64,000 nt of DNA from Octopus sinensis (Eukaryota): positions 1 to 64,000 of the forward strand of contig NC_043019.1 of NCBI RefSeq assembly GCF_006345805.1. The letters run 5' to 3'. The notes beneath the pieces were generated by a model. The model searched no databases. It was given only the letters and a program-made list of their open reading frames with translations, and was not told where the DNA came from. Position numbers and translations under genes: made by a program. This document shows, in pieces, positions 1 through 11,483 of the stretch. The first letter of the stretch is position 1. Each line of letters opens with the position of its first letter.

Positions 1-869
1 TTGACTAAAAGGCATAGAGATGCCGTTTAAAATTTGTTTCTGAACATAAAGATAAATCTGATACATTCTGGGAAAATGTTCTATGGACAGACGAGTCGAA
101 AATTGAATTGTTTGGAGCCATGTTCGGAGGAAAGATGGGACCACCTATTCGCCGAAAAACACAATTCCTACCGTAAAGTTTGGAGGTGGCAACATCATGG
201 TGTGGAGTGTTTCTCTGCAAATGGTACTGGAAATTTACGTGTGATAGATGATAGAATGAATGCAGAGATGTACCAAAATATTTTGAACAATGATTTATGG
301 GACTCTGTAGAAAAGCTCCAGCTTTGTGAAGGGTGGGTTTTGCAACAGGATAACGATCCTAAGCACACGACGAAGTCTACCAAAAAATGGATTGTCGATC
401 ACAATATAAAATTATTAGAATGGCCAAGCCAGTCACCTGACTTGAATCCCATTGAAAATTTGTTGCATTATTTGAAAATTAAAATTCATTCAAGAGCCCC
501 AACGTGCATTGCAGATTTGAAGAAAATTTGTCAAGAAGAATGGGAAAAAATTCCTAAAGAAACATGCGAGTCTTTGATTAAGAACTACAAGAAAAGATTG
601 GTTGAAGTGGAACTGAATAATTGTTATGCTACGAAGTATTAAATCAGAATTATCAGTTACTTATGTTCTGTACGAATACTTTTTTCACCCCTAAATACTT
701 ATAATTGAATATAAATTCCTTAGTTACAATAATTTATAAGTTTCTTTTGCATATTCTTAGTTTATGCATGTGTATGCAAATATAGTATTGGTATATTCCA
801 TTTACGTTTATTAGAAATTAAATATATAAAGAATTTTGACACATCACGAATATTTATTTCCCCCTACTG
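1..869 (+). mobile_element. Tc1-family DNA transposon, 3' part (frameshifted DD34E transposase plus right terminal repeat)
   Basis: The motifs VLWTDESKIELFG, QQDNDPKH and WPSQSPDLNPIENL are present, with 34 residues between the second D and the E. Frameshifts occur near 130-210 and the stop is at 642. The element ends ...CTACTG followed by TA (870-871). Confidence 0.9.
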
Positions 870-1045
870 TATATACTTACAGAGAATTCAATCCGGAATA
901 AGCCAAAGTCTAGCGGTCCTTCCGATGTTTTCAGGCGATTATAGTTCCTGTCAGTGAATATGTTTAGAATTATGTACCTTAACTACAGCATTAGATAAAT
1001 TTAGCTCTTATTTCTTAGCAACATCGGTGTTTCTAACACCGAGTC

Positions 1046-1047
<2 letters not shown>

Positions 1048-1076
<29 letters not shown>

Positions 1077-1081
1077 TATAA

Positions 1082-1121
<40 letters not shown>

Positions 1122-1161
1122 TATAAATAAATATATATATATATATATAAATACATATATA

Positions 1162-1228
<67 letters not shown>

Positions 1229-1229
1229 A

Positions 1230-1279
<50 letters not shown>

Positions 1280-1394
1280 ATATATATATTTATACATATA
1301 TATATATTTATATATATGTATATATATATATATATATTATACATATATATATATTTGTATATATATATATATTATATATATATATACATATATA

Positions 1395-1468
<74 letters not shown>

Positions 1469-1472
1469 TATA
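1048..1472. repeat. (TA)n microsatellite
   Basis: About 420 bp of near-pure TA dinucleotide. It explains the spurious IY-rich ORFs. Confidence 0.97.
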
Positions 1473-1473
1473 T

Positions 1474-1876
1474 GGAGTGGCTGTGTAGTAAGTAGCTTGT
1501 TTACCAGCCACATGGTTCCGGGTTCAGTTCCACTGCATGGCACCTTGGGCAAGTGTCTTCTACTATAGCCTCGGGCCGTCCAAAGCCTTGTGAGTGGATT
1601 TGGTAGACGGAAACTGAAAGAAGCCCGTCGTATATATGTATGTACATATATATATATATGTGCGTGTATGTTCGTGTGTGGGTGTTTGTTCCTCTGGCAT
1701 TGCTTGGCAACTGATGCTGGTGTGTTTATGTCCCCGTCACTTAGCGGTTCGGCAAAAGAGACCAATAGAATAAGTACTGGGCTTACAAAAGAATAAGTCC
1801 CGGGGTCGAGTTGCTCGATTAAAGGCGGTGCTCCAGCATGGCCGCAGTCAAATGACTGAAACGAGTAAAGAGAGTA
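1474..1876 (+). mobile_element. SINE family A (tRNA-like head, internal microsatellite, conserved 3' half)
   Basis: Head GGAGTGGCTGTGTRGTAAGTAGCTTG...GGTTCAGTYCCACTGC (A/B-box-like), internal TA/GT tract, tail ...ATGACTGAAACRAGTAAAGAG. More than 10 homologous copies occur in the window. Confidence 0.85.
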
Positions 1877-1951
1877 ATTCATTATCAAATGCACTCATTC
1901 ACTCACTGAAATCTGTAGTCTAATTCTTATCCACTTTCTTCACCCGTTTAG

Positions 1952-2106
1952 TTGTGATCCTGACATATCGAAGGCAGTATATCTTGTATAAGATTCTCAA
2001 TGCACTTCACAATCTGCCATTCTTGGACCGTGTAGTTATAGTGTGGAATGACCTCTTCACTCCTGTAAATAAAACGATAATTCCAGAGTTACATGTACCA
2101 GTTTAT
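1952..2106 (+). CDS. EXTL3: EXTL3-like glycosyltransferase, internal coding exon (start of GT64 domain)
   Basis: Pyrimidine tract plus AG acceptor at 1950-51 and GTAAGT donor at 2107. Encodes (x)VILTYRRQYILYKILNALHNLPFLDRVVIVWNDLFTPVNKTIIPELHVPVY, which resembles EXTL3 VVMLTYEREEVL...LNGLPYLNKVVVVWN...IGVPIM (recalled sequence). Confidence 0.85.
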
Positions 2107-2130
2107 GTAAGTATACTCTTTCTTTTTGTC

Positions 2131-2540
2131 TCTTTACTTGTTTCAGTCGTGTGACAGTGGCCATGCTAGAGCGCCGCCTTTAGTCGAGCAAATCGACCCC
2201 AGGACTTATTCTTTGTAAGCCTAGTACTTATTCTATCGGTCTCTTTTGCCGAACCGCTAAGTTACGGGGACGTAAACACACCAGCATCGGTGGTCAAGCG
2301 ATGTTGGTGGGGGGACAAACACAGACACACAAACATACACACACACACACATACATATATATATACATATATATATGACGGGTTCCTTTCAGTTTCCGTC
2401 TGCCAAATCCATTCAAAAAGGCTCGGGTCGGCCCGAGGCTATAGTAGAAGACACTTGCCCAAAGTGTCACGCAATGGGACTGAACCCACAACCATGTGGT
2501 TTGTGAGCAAGCTACTTACCACACAGCCACTCCTACTCCT
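2131..2540 (-). mobile_element. SINE family A, full copy, inverted relative to 1474-1876
   Basis: Reverse-complement match to the family A head and tail. Confidence 0.85.
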
Positions 2541-2574
2541 ATGAAGAAAGTATGTCCTTTCTTTTTCTTATTAA

Positions 2575-2955
2575 TTGTCCACTCATTAGATTGCTGCCAT
2601 GCAGGGGCATCATCTTGGAGAAATTTTACTCAAATATATCAACACCACTACTATTTTTTGAAAGCACAGTACTTATTCTATCAGTCCCTTTTGCCAAACT
2701 GCTAAGTTATGAGAATGTCAATACGCCAACTCCAGTTGTCAAGCAGTTGGTTGGGGCTACAACTACAGACATAAAAATACACAAGCAAAGATATAGATAT
2801 ACATATATACGATGGGCTTCTTTCAGTTTCCATCTACTAAATCCACTCACAAGACTTGAGGCTATGATAGAAGACACTTGCTCAAGGTGCTACACAGTGG
2901 GACTGAACCTTGCATCATGTAGATGGTAAGCAAGCTTCTTACCACACAGCCACGC
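2575..2955 (-). mobile_element. SINE family A, degenerate copy
   Basis: Diverged match to family A, including TTTCAGTTTCC..CTA..AAATCCACTCACAAG. Confidence 0.7.
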
Positions 2956-3385
2956 TGTGCTTATATACATCCTTTTATTCACATGTTTCAGCCCTAAGAC
3001 TGTGGCCATGCTGGTGCATCATACAACAGGCTTCTTTCAGTTTCCATTTACCAAATCCACTCACAAGGCTTTGTTCGACCGAAGGCTATGGTAGAAGACA
3101 CTTGTTCAAAGTTCTAGGCGGTGCCTATTTCAGCCTTTATCTATATATTTATATCTCTCTTTACTCTTTTACTCTTTTACTTGTTTCAGACATTATGACT
3201 GCGGCCATGCTGGAGCACCGCCTTTAATCGAGCAATTCGACCCTAGGACTTATTGTTTTTGTAAGCCCAGTACTTATTCTATCGGTCTCTTTTTGCCGAA
3301 CCGCTAAGTAACATGGCCATAAACACACTAGCATCGGTTGTCAAGCAATGCTAGGGGGACAATCACAGACACACAAACACACACA

Positions 3386-3459
<74 letters not shown>

Positions 3460-3461
<2 letters not shown>

Positions 3462-3857
3462 ATATTAATTAGAGACAAAACCACTATTTTGTAAATCAAA
3501 CAAGGAAAGACTTAATCAATACATAAAAAAAATTTAATATAAAGTAAATAAATCGCCACTACAATTGTTTCCTGTCTTCAAATGACATTCATCAGGTGGA
3601 TTTCATATCTTCCATTCAATTCAAAGTTATGAAGTCACCTGATGAATGTCATTTGAAGGCAGGAAACAATTGTAGTGGCAATTTATTTACTTTATATTAA
3701 AATTTTTTTATGTATTGATTAAGTCTTTCCTTGTTTGATTTACAAAATAGTGGTTTTGTCTCTAATTAATATTATATAATATTTTACTATAAAATTGGAT
3801 TCAATCCTAAATCTGATTTTTCCCTGTAAATTTGGATTTATTCCCTAATATTTTATT

Positions 3858-3860
<3 letters not shown>
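3460..3860 (+). mobile_element. Penelope-like pseudo-LTR remnant as a long inverted repeat
   Basis: Arms 3460-3599 and 3635-3774 are reverse complements with a loop of about 35 nt. Each arm carries a hammerhead motif, and the right copy extends to about 3860. Confidence 0.7.
3634..3679 (+). ncRNA. Minimal type I hammerhead ribozyme motif
   Basis: GTCAC-CTGATGA-A-TGTC(ATTTGAA)GGCA-G-GAAA-C(AATT)G-TA-GTGGC. Stem I is GTCAC/GTGGC, stem III has a palindromic loop, and the GUA cleavage site ends at 3674. A mirror copy lies on the - strand at 3555-3600. Confidence 0.75.
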
Positions 3861-3903
<43 letters not shown>

Positions 3904-4421
3904 GACGGGCTGCTTTCAGTTTCCGTCTACCAAATCCACTCTCAAGGCTTTGGTCGACCCAAGGCTATATTAGAAGACACTTGCCCAAGGTGCCACGCAG
4001 TGGAACTGAACTCTGAACCATGTGGTTCGTAAACAAGCTACTTAGCACACAGCCACTTCTGCGCCTGTAGCTTGGTAATTTTCTACCGGACTTTTATACC
4101 AGATCACTATGTCAAGGGGACATAAACAAACCAACAACAGTTATCAAACTGGTGCAGGGACAAACACAAACAGAGACACACACACATAGATTTATACATA
4201 TGTTTGTATACAAGATGGGCTTCTTCCAGTTTCCACCTACCAAATCCACTTACAGGGTTTTGGTCAGCCCATGGCTATAGTAGAGGACACTTGCCTTAGG
4301 TTCCACACAGCAGGACTGAACCCAAGATTACATGTGGTCGAACAGCAAATTTCTTAGCGTTCAGCCATTACTGAGATAAATTGATAGATAGATAAATAGA
4401 TAGATAGATAGAGAGATAGCG

Positions 4422-4452
<31 letters not shown>

Positions 4453-4610
4453 TAGATAGATTGATAGATGTGATCTTATCACTAATGGAACAGTACTATG
4501 TATAATATACATATATATATACATATATATATATATATTTCGATGGGTGAATGAATCATCCTATGTTTACCGTTAACATGGAAAATTCAATGAACTGTTA
4601 CCAGGGTAGC

Positions 4611-4998
4611 AAATTCACGTCAGAAACACGGTTGAAGCGACCTATCCAGAGGTAGAAACTCCGGGTTAATGTGCAGTAATTTGTGTGATATAGCTGAATA
4701 AATAAATAAATGGAGTTGAACGAAGATGTTAATAAAATTCCTTTACTTTCGACATATGTTTCGAAGCAACATGGTTTTATTCTTTCCTGATGAGAAGATT
4801 GAATCTTTCACCGTTGAATCCTTTGGAATTAAACTATGTTGTCTTCGAAACATATGTCGAAAGTAAAGGAATTTTATTAACATCTTCGTTCAACTCCATT
4901 TATTTATTTATTCAGCTATATCACACAAATTACTGCACATTAACCCGGAGTTTCTACCTCTGGATAGGTCGCTTCAACCGTGTTTCTGACGTGAATTT
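4611..4998 (+). mobile_element. Second Penelope-like inverted-repeat remnant (arms 4611-4772 and 4836-4998)
   Basis: Arms of about 160 bp are near-perfect reverse complements around a spacer of about 63 nt. The sequence is unrelated to the 3460 element. Confidence 0.7.
4782..4863 (+). ncRNA. Minimal type I hammerhead ribozyme motif with extended stem II
   Basis: CTTTC-CTGATGA-GAAGAT...GTCTTC-GAAA-C(ATAT)G-TC-GAAAG. Stem I is 5 bp, the stem II base is 6 bp, and the GUC site ends at 4858. Confidence 0.8.
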
Positions 4999-5595
4999 CT
5001 TTATTCATATATATATATATATATATATATATAGGTATGTGAAGTTAAGATGCAAGGATCAAGGTATAGGATGAAGTAAGGTTTGAGCAGTTTGTAGAAG
5101 ATATAAAAAACAACTTTCAGAAACAATAGCGGTTTATTTACATAGAAGGTTGTAAATTTTTCCCGTATTGAAGTTCGATAAGTAAAAACAATTGTGTTAC
5201 AGCTTATGGATAACAGCAGAGATTGCTGTGTATACAAAGAGAAATCCAAAATTTTGGAATGAGCAGGTAAAATTCAGGCTATATATATATTTAATTTGTT
5301 TATTCACATAATTGCTTGCATATCTTCTCACCTTGATTCCTCTTATAGCCAATCTTTACCCCGCGAAATTGGTCCCTCGTAAAGACATCAGAGGCTGAAT
5401 TCAAATTATTTGAATGTTACTAATTGCTTTCTAATCTGAGAATCTGTGGATCTCATCTGTTGACTACATGTGTGTGTGTGTGTGTGCGGGCGTGTGCGTG
5501 CATGCATGCATTCATGCATGCGCGCGTGTGTGTGTGTCTATATAATATGTGTGTGTACGTACATACATGAATATTAATACACATATGTGTAAATA

Positions 5596-5676
<81 letters not shown>

Positions 5677-5976
5677 TATGGTTTACCTACCATTATAAAC
5701 AATATCAAATGTTTTTTCTCAAACCTTTCATAATGTGATACAAGTCTTTGGTGTAGCAATTGCATGCGGCTGAAGAGGGCTTTTGAACTATCTGTTATGT
5801 CGATTATGCATTGATGTAAGAATAAGTTGTTCTATAAAGCTCGAAACATATGTATCGCAACATCTTTTGTGTCCTGTTTTTCATTTTATTTCATTTGATA
5901 CATATATCCTCTCACCTATGCTACTAGCTGGCATATACAGGTGCTTACATTTATCAAGTATTCACCCTGAATTTAT

Positions 5977-6022
<46 letters not shown>

Positions 6023-6449
6023 TATATATATTTGTATATATATATATGTGTGTGTATATATATATGTATGTGTGTATGTGTGACAGGTTTCCATGCCGTT
6101 TCCTTCTACCAAATTCACTCACAAGATATTGGTCGGCCTGGGGTTCGTAATAGATTTGCCTAAGGTACAGCACATTGGGATTGAACCTGAAAACAACATG
6201 GTCACGAGCGTTCTTCTTAACCACATAAGAAACTATATATGCCTGAAACTATATATCTAGAAAAAGGAAATAGACAGGATTGCCAAAGTTGGAATGTCCT
6301 CAATTATAAGTCTGCTCAATTCAGGTTCACCTTTGAACAACAACAACAACAACAACACCGAGAGTGATGAATAAAGTATAAAGCTTCTTCCTGAGTTACA
6401 TACGGTCACAAAACCAGTTCCACAGATCCTGTGGAGTATATATTACCTT

Positions 6450-6910
6450 CTGGGACCATGCGGTCAAGTGGTTAGGTTATTGCAGTCTTGACTGCTAGAT
6501 CGCGAGTTCAATTCCTAGACCAGGTGGAACACTGTATTCTTGGGCAAAAGACTTCATTTCACATTGCTTCAGTCCCCCTTTCAATCAGAACCGGGGAGGA
6601 ACATTGCACTGCTCTCCTAGCCAACAGGGTGGCATCATTCGAAGGCGAAAATGATGTAAAGTGCATTGTAACCAGCGATGTGTAGCAACGTCTCATAGTC
6701 TAGTTGGTCATGTGATTACTTGATATATTACCCACTGGATGGAACACCATTCCATTTCAGGATTGCTTATTTTTACAAACTGAATGGACTGGAACAATGT
6801 AAAGTGATGTGTTTTCCTCAAGAACGAAACACATTGCCCAGTTCAGGAATCGAAACCACAATCATGCAGTCATCGATCCAACACCCTAACCACAAAGCCA
6901 CACGTCCCTA
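6450..6910. mobile_element. Degenerate tRNA-headed SINE fragments in opposite orientations
   Basis: GGTCAAGTGGTTAGG...GAGTTCAATTCC (A/B-box-like) on + near 6460-6520. A reverse-strand head with GGTTTCGATTCC lies near 6845-6905. Confidence 0.5.
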
Positions 6911-7252
6911 CTAAGTGTGATGTGGGCAACATTTTCGTTAATCAATTATTCACGAAATTTTCATTATTGTTTTGCCACGGGTTATTAAGCAGGAGAACAT
7001 ACCAGCTGCGACCATCACTCCATCCTTTTGTGGAAATGTAAAAACACATTATCTAAGATGGCTAATTAGATGCCTGAATTAGATTTCACTGTAGTGATTT
7101 TTAGTAGGTCATATGACTGGTAGAGACCCAATTTCAATGTTTGATGGTTTCTTTCATCTCACTGAGAACTTTGGGAATATTTTTAGAGTAAGCTTTAATA
7201 TTTAATCTTGTTCTAAAACTCTGTCTTTCCTAAAATCTTTTTGTTCAAACAG

Positions 7253-7380
7253 GTTGTTGCATGTGGTAAGAACAGTCTAAATAATCGATTTTTGCCATTC
7301 GACATTATAAGAACTGATGCAATTTTTAGTCTAGATGATGACTTCACTCTACCACAGAAAAACATTCTTCTAGCTTTCCG
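7253..7380 (+). CDS. EXTL3: EXTL3-like GT64 coding exon containing the DxD motif
   Basis: CAG acceptor at 7250-52 and GT donor at 7381; 128 nt. Encodes VVACGKNSLNNRFLPFDIIRTDAIFSLDDDFTLPQKNILLAF(R), matching the exostosin motif NSLNNRFLP...ILSIDDD. Confidence 0.93.
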
Positions 7381-7589
7381 GTAATGGCTTCTTTTTCATG
7401 TTTTCTTTTTCATTTTTCTACATGTTTTATTCATTTAAATGTGTGTGTGTGTGTGTGTGCAATATGTATTTATATATATATAAGTGTCTAAGGCTCCCTA
7501 TAGGAACTGGATAATGTCTATTAATGAAGTGACATAAATAACAGTGGAGTAGGATGTTCAATGCAATAGAAAATATACATTTCTTTATT

Positions 7590-7810
7590 GTCCACAAGGG
7601 GCTAAACATAGAGGGGGCAAACAAGGACAGACAAAGGGATTGAGTCGATCAAATCGACCCCAGTGCGAAACTGGAACTTTATTTATCGACCCCGAAAGGA
7701 TGACAGGCAAAGGCGACCTCGGCGGAATTTGAACTCAGAACGTAACGGCAGACGAAATACCGCTAAGCATTTCGCCCGGTGCGCTAAAGTGTCTGCCAGC
7801 TCACCGCCCC
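7590..7810 (-). mobile_element. SINE family B
   Basis: Reverse complement of GCTGGCAGA..GTTAGCAC.CCGGGCGAAATGCTTAGCGGTATTTCGTCTGCCGTTACGTTCTGAGTTCAAATTCCGCCGAGGTCG...CCCCTTGTGG. Other copies occur at 50.7-53.7 kb. Confidence 0.8.
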
Positions 7811-8798
7811 CAGCAATAGAAAATATAGCTGTTACAATAAGCATAAACGTGAGAAAAATCAGGGCTATTAGCTCTGTTGATAATAATAATAAATAATTCA
7901 ATTTCAATGTTTTCTTGAAACTATAACTTACTTTAGACATTAGGATTTAAATTCCAATCTTCGAAAATGTTCCGTTCTATAATATTCTTAAAGGAATGGA
8001 AAAATTATCCAGCAACTCAGGATAATACGAATGAGCCTGGTAGGTGCAAAAGACTAACTGGCATTTCTTGTTAAGAATACGGGTGACAGTCAGATCGCTG
8101 ATGTTTGTTGTGCACTCTGCTGTCATTATTTGATTGTTGTTATTCTGTGTAGCTGTGTGTAAAGATCAGTTATGTTTTGCAGGGTTGCTTTATTTTTACA
8201 GTTAACTTAGAAATGGAGAAGGACATGGTGCTAGGTATAAAAAATAAGCCTTTGGGGCTAGAAATATTGCAGAAAAGCATGAAATTCTTCAAGGAAATTC
8301 ATGTGTCTTATGCGAAATCTGTGATGGGCCTGAGTGATGCTGATAACTTGGAGTCGCTTCTGCTATATATATATATGCATGCTTTTGGCGCGGAATTTGA
8401 GGCATAACTAAAAATGCAATTCGTTAAACCGCTCGTGTTTTTGACGCTCGGGTCGATCTAATTAATTGCATTTAAGACAAACCTCTGCTGAAGATTTATA
8501 GATGTGTATGTAAGTAAAACTACATATTACATTAGTAATGAAAACAATTGTTCAGGGTCAATCTATTTATTCGTTGTATTTCACTTTCCTTCCGTTAAAT
8601 GTATGTTAATTCTAGTTGGAAACATCTTTTCTGTGGCTATACTATCGGAGCTATTTTTAGCACTAGAGTTATCCACATAGTGGTTAACTCTCTAATAATT
8701 TATGTATAAATTTGTATTTTCTCCATAGTTTTTTGTGCTAAGCCACTCGGTGTTAAATTAATGGTATTATTAAATTAATATCAATTTTTCACCCTCAT

Positions 8799-8844
<46 letters not shown>

Positions 8845-8845
<1 letters not shown>

Positions 8846-9441
8846 TAGCAGTATTGCCCGGCTCAACGGGGATTTCAGGGTAGAGTTTCAGGGAGTCGCT
8901 GATGTATCGTGATGATCAAAAATCCGGCAAGCTAAATTTTGATTAAAGTGATTCAAACTGCAGACTCACCGCACAATGGTCACATTTAATTCAAAGCTTA
9001 AAAAATGTAATGAAAACAATTGGTATGTGTTCACAAAGTCCAAACGATTAATAAGAAAAAACCCTCCAGGCTACATCCCGAAAATTCATTTCTTTGCCGA
9101 ATTTCTACAATGTTTCCGGCGATTCGTTTTTATATCTTGATTTTTTTTATTTTTCATGCAATTTACGCATGCTTGCACGCGTGGTGAACACAGTTCACGT
9201 CAAACAGCTGACTGAGTAAAGTTCACTATTCAATGCATGGGATAAGGCCTAAACAAACACATTATCGATTTTTGCACTTGCGAGATGAATTTCGGAACAG
9301 TTCAACAGTTCAATTTTCATTCGCCTAAACTTTAAGTGACCCATTTTTTGTGGTTCTACGATTTGTTGGCTAGGAGGAGATGTGCCGGGAAGTTAAACAC
9401 ACAGACACATACACAGATACACACACAGACACACAAGTTGA

Positions 9442-9450
<9 letters not shown>
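8845..9450 (-). mobile_element. Non-autonomous Helitron
   Basis: On the - strand the 3' end is a GC hairpin followed by CTAG|T (8845-8848). The 5' region resembles the other Helitron 5' ends here (ATATATAAAA..TGTGTGTCTGT). Confidence 0.6.
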
Positions 9451-9507
<57 letters not shown>

Positions 9508-10118
9508 TGTTAGGGCAGCGGACTCACGGTCGGAGCATCGCGGTTTCGATTCCCAGACCGGGCGTTGTGTGTGTTTATTGTGTGTGTTTGTTGGCTTGCT
9601 CGCTTAGCCAGCGGGGTGGCGTCACTTGAAGGCTAAATCAATGCTACCCAAGAACAAAAGTTGTATTACACAGTGTTATTCAAGATAATTATAATGATGG
9701 TTTCAAATTTTGGCACAAGGCCAGTAATTTGGGGGGTGGTTGGTGGAGGGAGCACAAGGCCAGTAATTTGGGGGGAGGGGTTGGTGGAGGGAGCACAAAT
9801 CAAGTACATCAACCCTAGTGCTCAACTAGTACTCATTTTGTCGACCTTGGAAGGATAAAAGGCAAAGTGAACCTCGTTAGAATTTGAACTCAGAACGTAA
9901 AGAGCTGGAAGAAATGCTCCTAAGCATTTTCCCCAGCATGCCGACAATTGTGCCAGCTTGCCACCCATATAAAAATAATGATGGACTCTCCCGTCGAAGA
10001 CAACCTATGAGTGTTTTGCTCAAGAACACAAAACACCACCCGGTTTAGGATTTGAAACCACAATTTCACGATCATGAGTGCAAGGCTCTAATCACTAGGC
10101 TATGCATCCTCATGGCAA

Positions 10119-10128
10119 CAACAACAAC

Positions 10129-10190
<62 letters not shown>

Positions 10191-10225
10191 TAATAATAAT
10201 AGCAATAGCAATAACAATAATAATG

Positions 10226-10279
<54 letters not shown>
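10119..10279. repeat. (AAT)n microsatellite
   Basis: About 160 bp trinucleotide array. Confidence 0.97.
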
Positions 10280-10280
<1 letters not shown>

Positions 10281-10680
10281 GCCCTGATACAGTACCAGGC
10301 AGTGGCTCTCATGGCTTCTGATCTAAACTGATTGGAAGTGTAATCATGTACATTGTTTTGTCTTGGTATAAAAGATGGGCTACAGCAAATATTGTGCTCA
10401 ATACCACAGATTTGCTTGTCAGTTGTTTGACCTTAACCAGTTGAGCATGTCCCTTAGTGGCTGATGATATGTGCATCTCTGATCATGAGCAGAGGTAGTG
10501 GGGGAGCATCATAGCCATGTGTTGAGAGGGATTCTTTGGGGTTTGGATAATTCACCTTTTGAAACATGGGTGGTTCGTTCGACATCCTTAAACAACCCTT
10601 ATTCAGGGACCTTTTGAGTGGGATGAGCTACTCGACCAGAAGAAAATTCTAACTGGGCCCCACCTGCAAGGTCATGCACT
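10280..10680 (-). mobile_element. Probable 3' UTR of a non-LTR retrotransposon ending in a (TTA)n tail
   Basis: A complex 400-bp segment abuts the AAT array, which reads as a TTA tail on the - strand. No ORF was seen, so the class is inferred. Confidence 0.45.
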
Positions 10681-11254
10681 GTGTAGCCGACCATGTGAAA
10701 TTATGGTCAACCTATACTATCCTTATCCGCTGGCCTACAAAATACTCTAAGTGCGATCAAGATGAATCGATGCAATCTGTCCAAGTTCACATTGGTACAT
10801 TCGTGTTATTTAGTTGGTATCTGTCAGACAGAAGAAAGCATCTGAGCAGGATTTTGATGCTTTTGCACCCCACTCTACTATCAGATACTCCCATGCAATC
10901 GAAACGTCCATCTCAGACTACGGTCCAATAGAATAAGTACTAGGCTTACAAAGAATAAATCCTGGGGTTGATTTCTTCAACTAAATGTGGTGCTCCATCA
11001 TGGGCACAGTCAGATAACTGAAGCAAGTACAATAATAAAGGATTAAAAGAATAAAAGAATATATGTTCATATAAGACATGGCTGTATATTAAGAAGTTTG
11101 CTTTCCAACCCCGTAGTCCCAGGTTCAGTTCCATTACATGATACTTTGGGCAAATGTCTTCTACAATAGCTTCAGGCCAACCAAAGCTTTGTGGGTAGAT
11201 TTGGTGGACGGAAACTGAAAGAAGACCCACCCAGGGGACGTTATTTTTCTAGGC

Positions 11255-11438
11255 ACAGGAGTAGCTGTGTGGTAAGTAACTTGGTTACCTACCACATAGT
11301 TCTGGGTTCAGTCCTATTCGTGACACCTTGGGTATGTGTCTTCTACTATAGCCTTGGGCCAACCAAAGCCTTGTAAGTGGATTTGGTAGACAGGAACTGA
11401 AAGAAGTCCATCGTATATGTATATATATGTGTGTGCGT

Positions 11439-11483
<45 letters not shown>

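Larger units (their letters stand above)
3160..4068 (-). mobile_element. SINE family A split by a nested hairpin element in its internal TA tract
   Basis: The 3' half lies at 3160-3395 and the 5' half at 3900-4068. TA tracts and the 3460-3860 insert separate them. Confidence 0.75.

Noticed and set aside
1027-1488. Long IY-, HT-, MYVC-, poly-N, poly-I and poly-K ORFs here and throughout the ORF track
   Set aside because: They are translations of TA, CA, TACA, AAT and GAA microsatellites, with no splice or domain support.
8177-8407. 76-aa ORF with plausible composition
   Set aside because: No recognisable motif, a TTG start and no splice context. It lies in an intron and may be an old TE fragment.
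9714-9795. G-rich 39-bp tandem duplication (possible G-quadruplex)
   Set aside because: It is a local duplication inside a SINE-related fragment, with nothing to indicate function.
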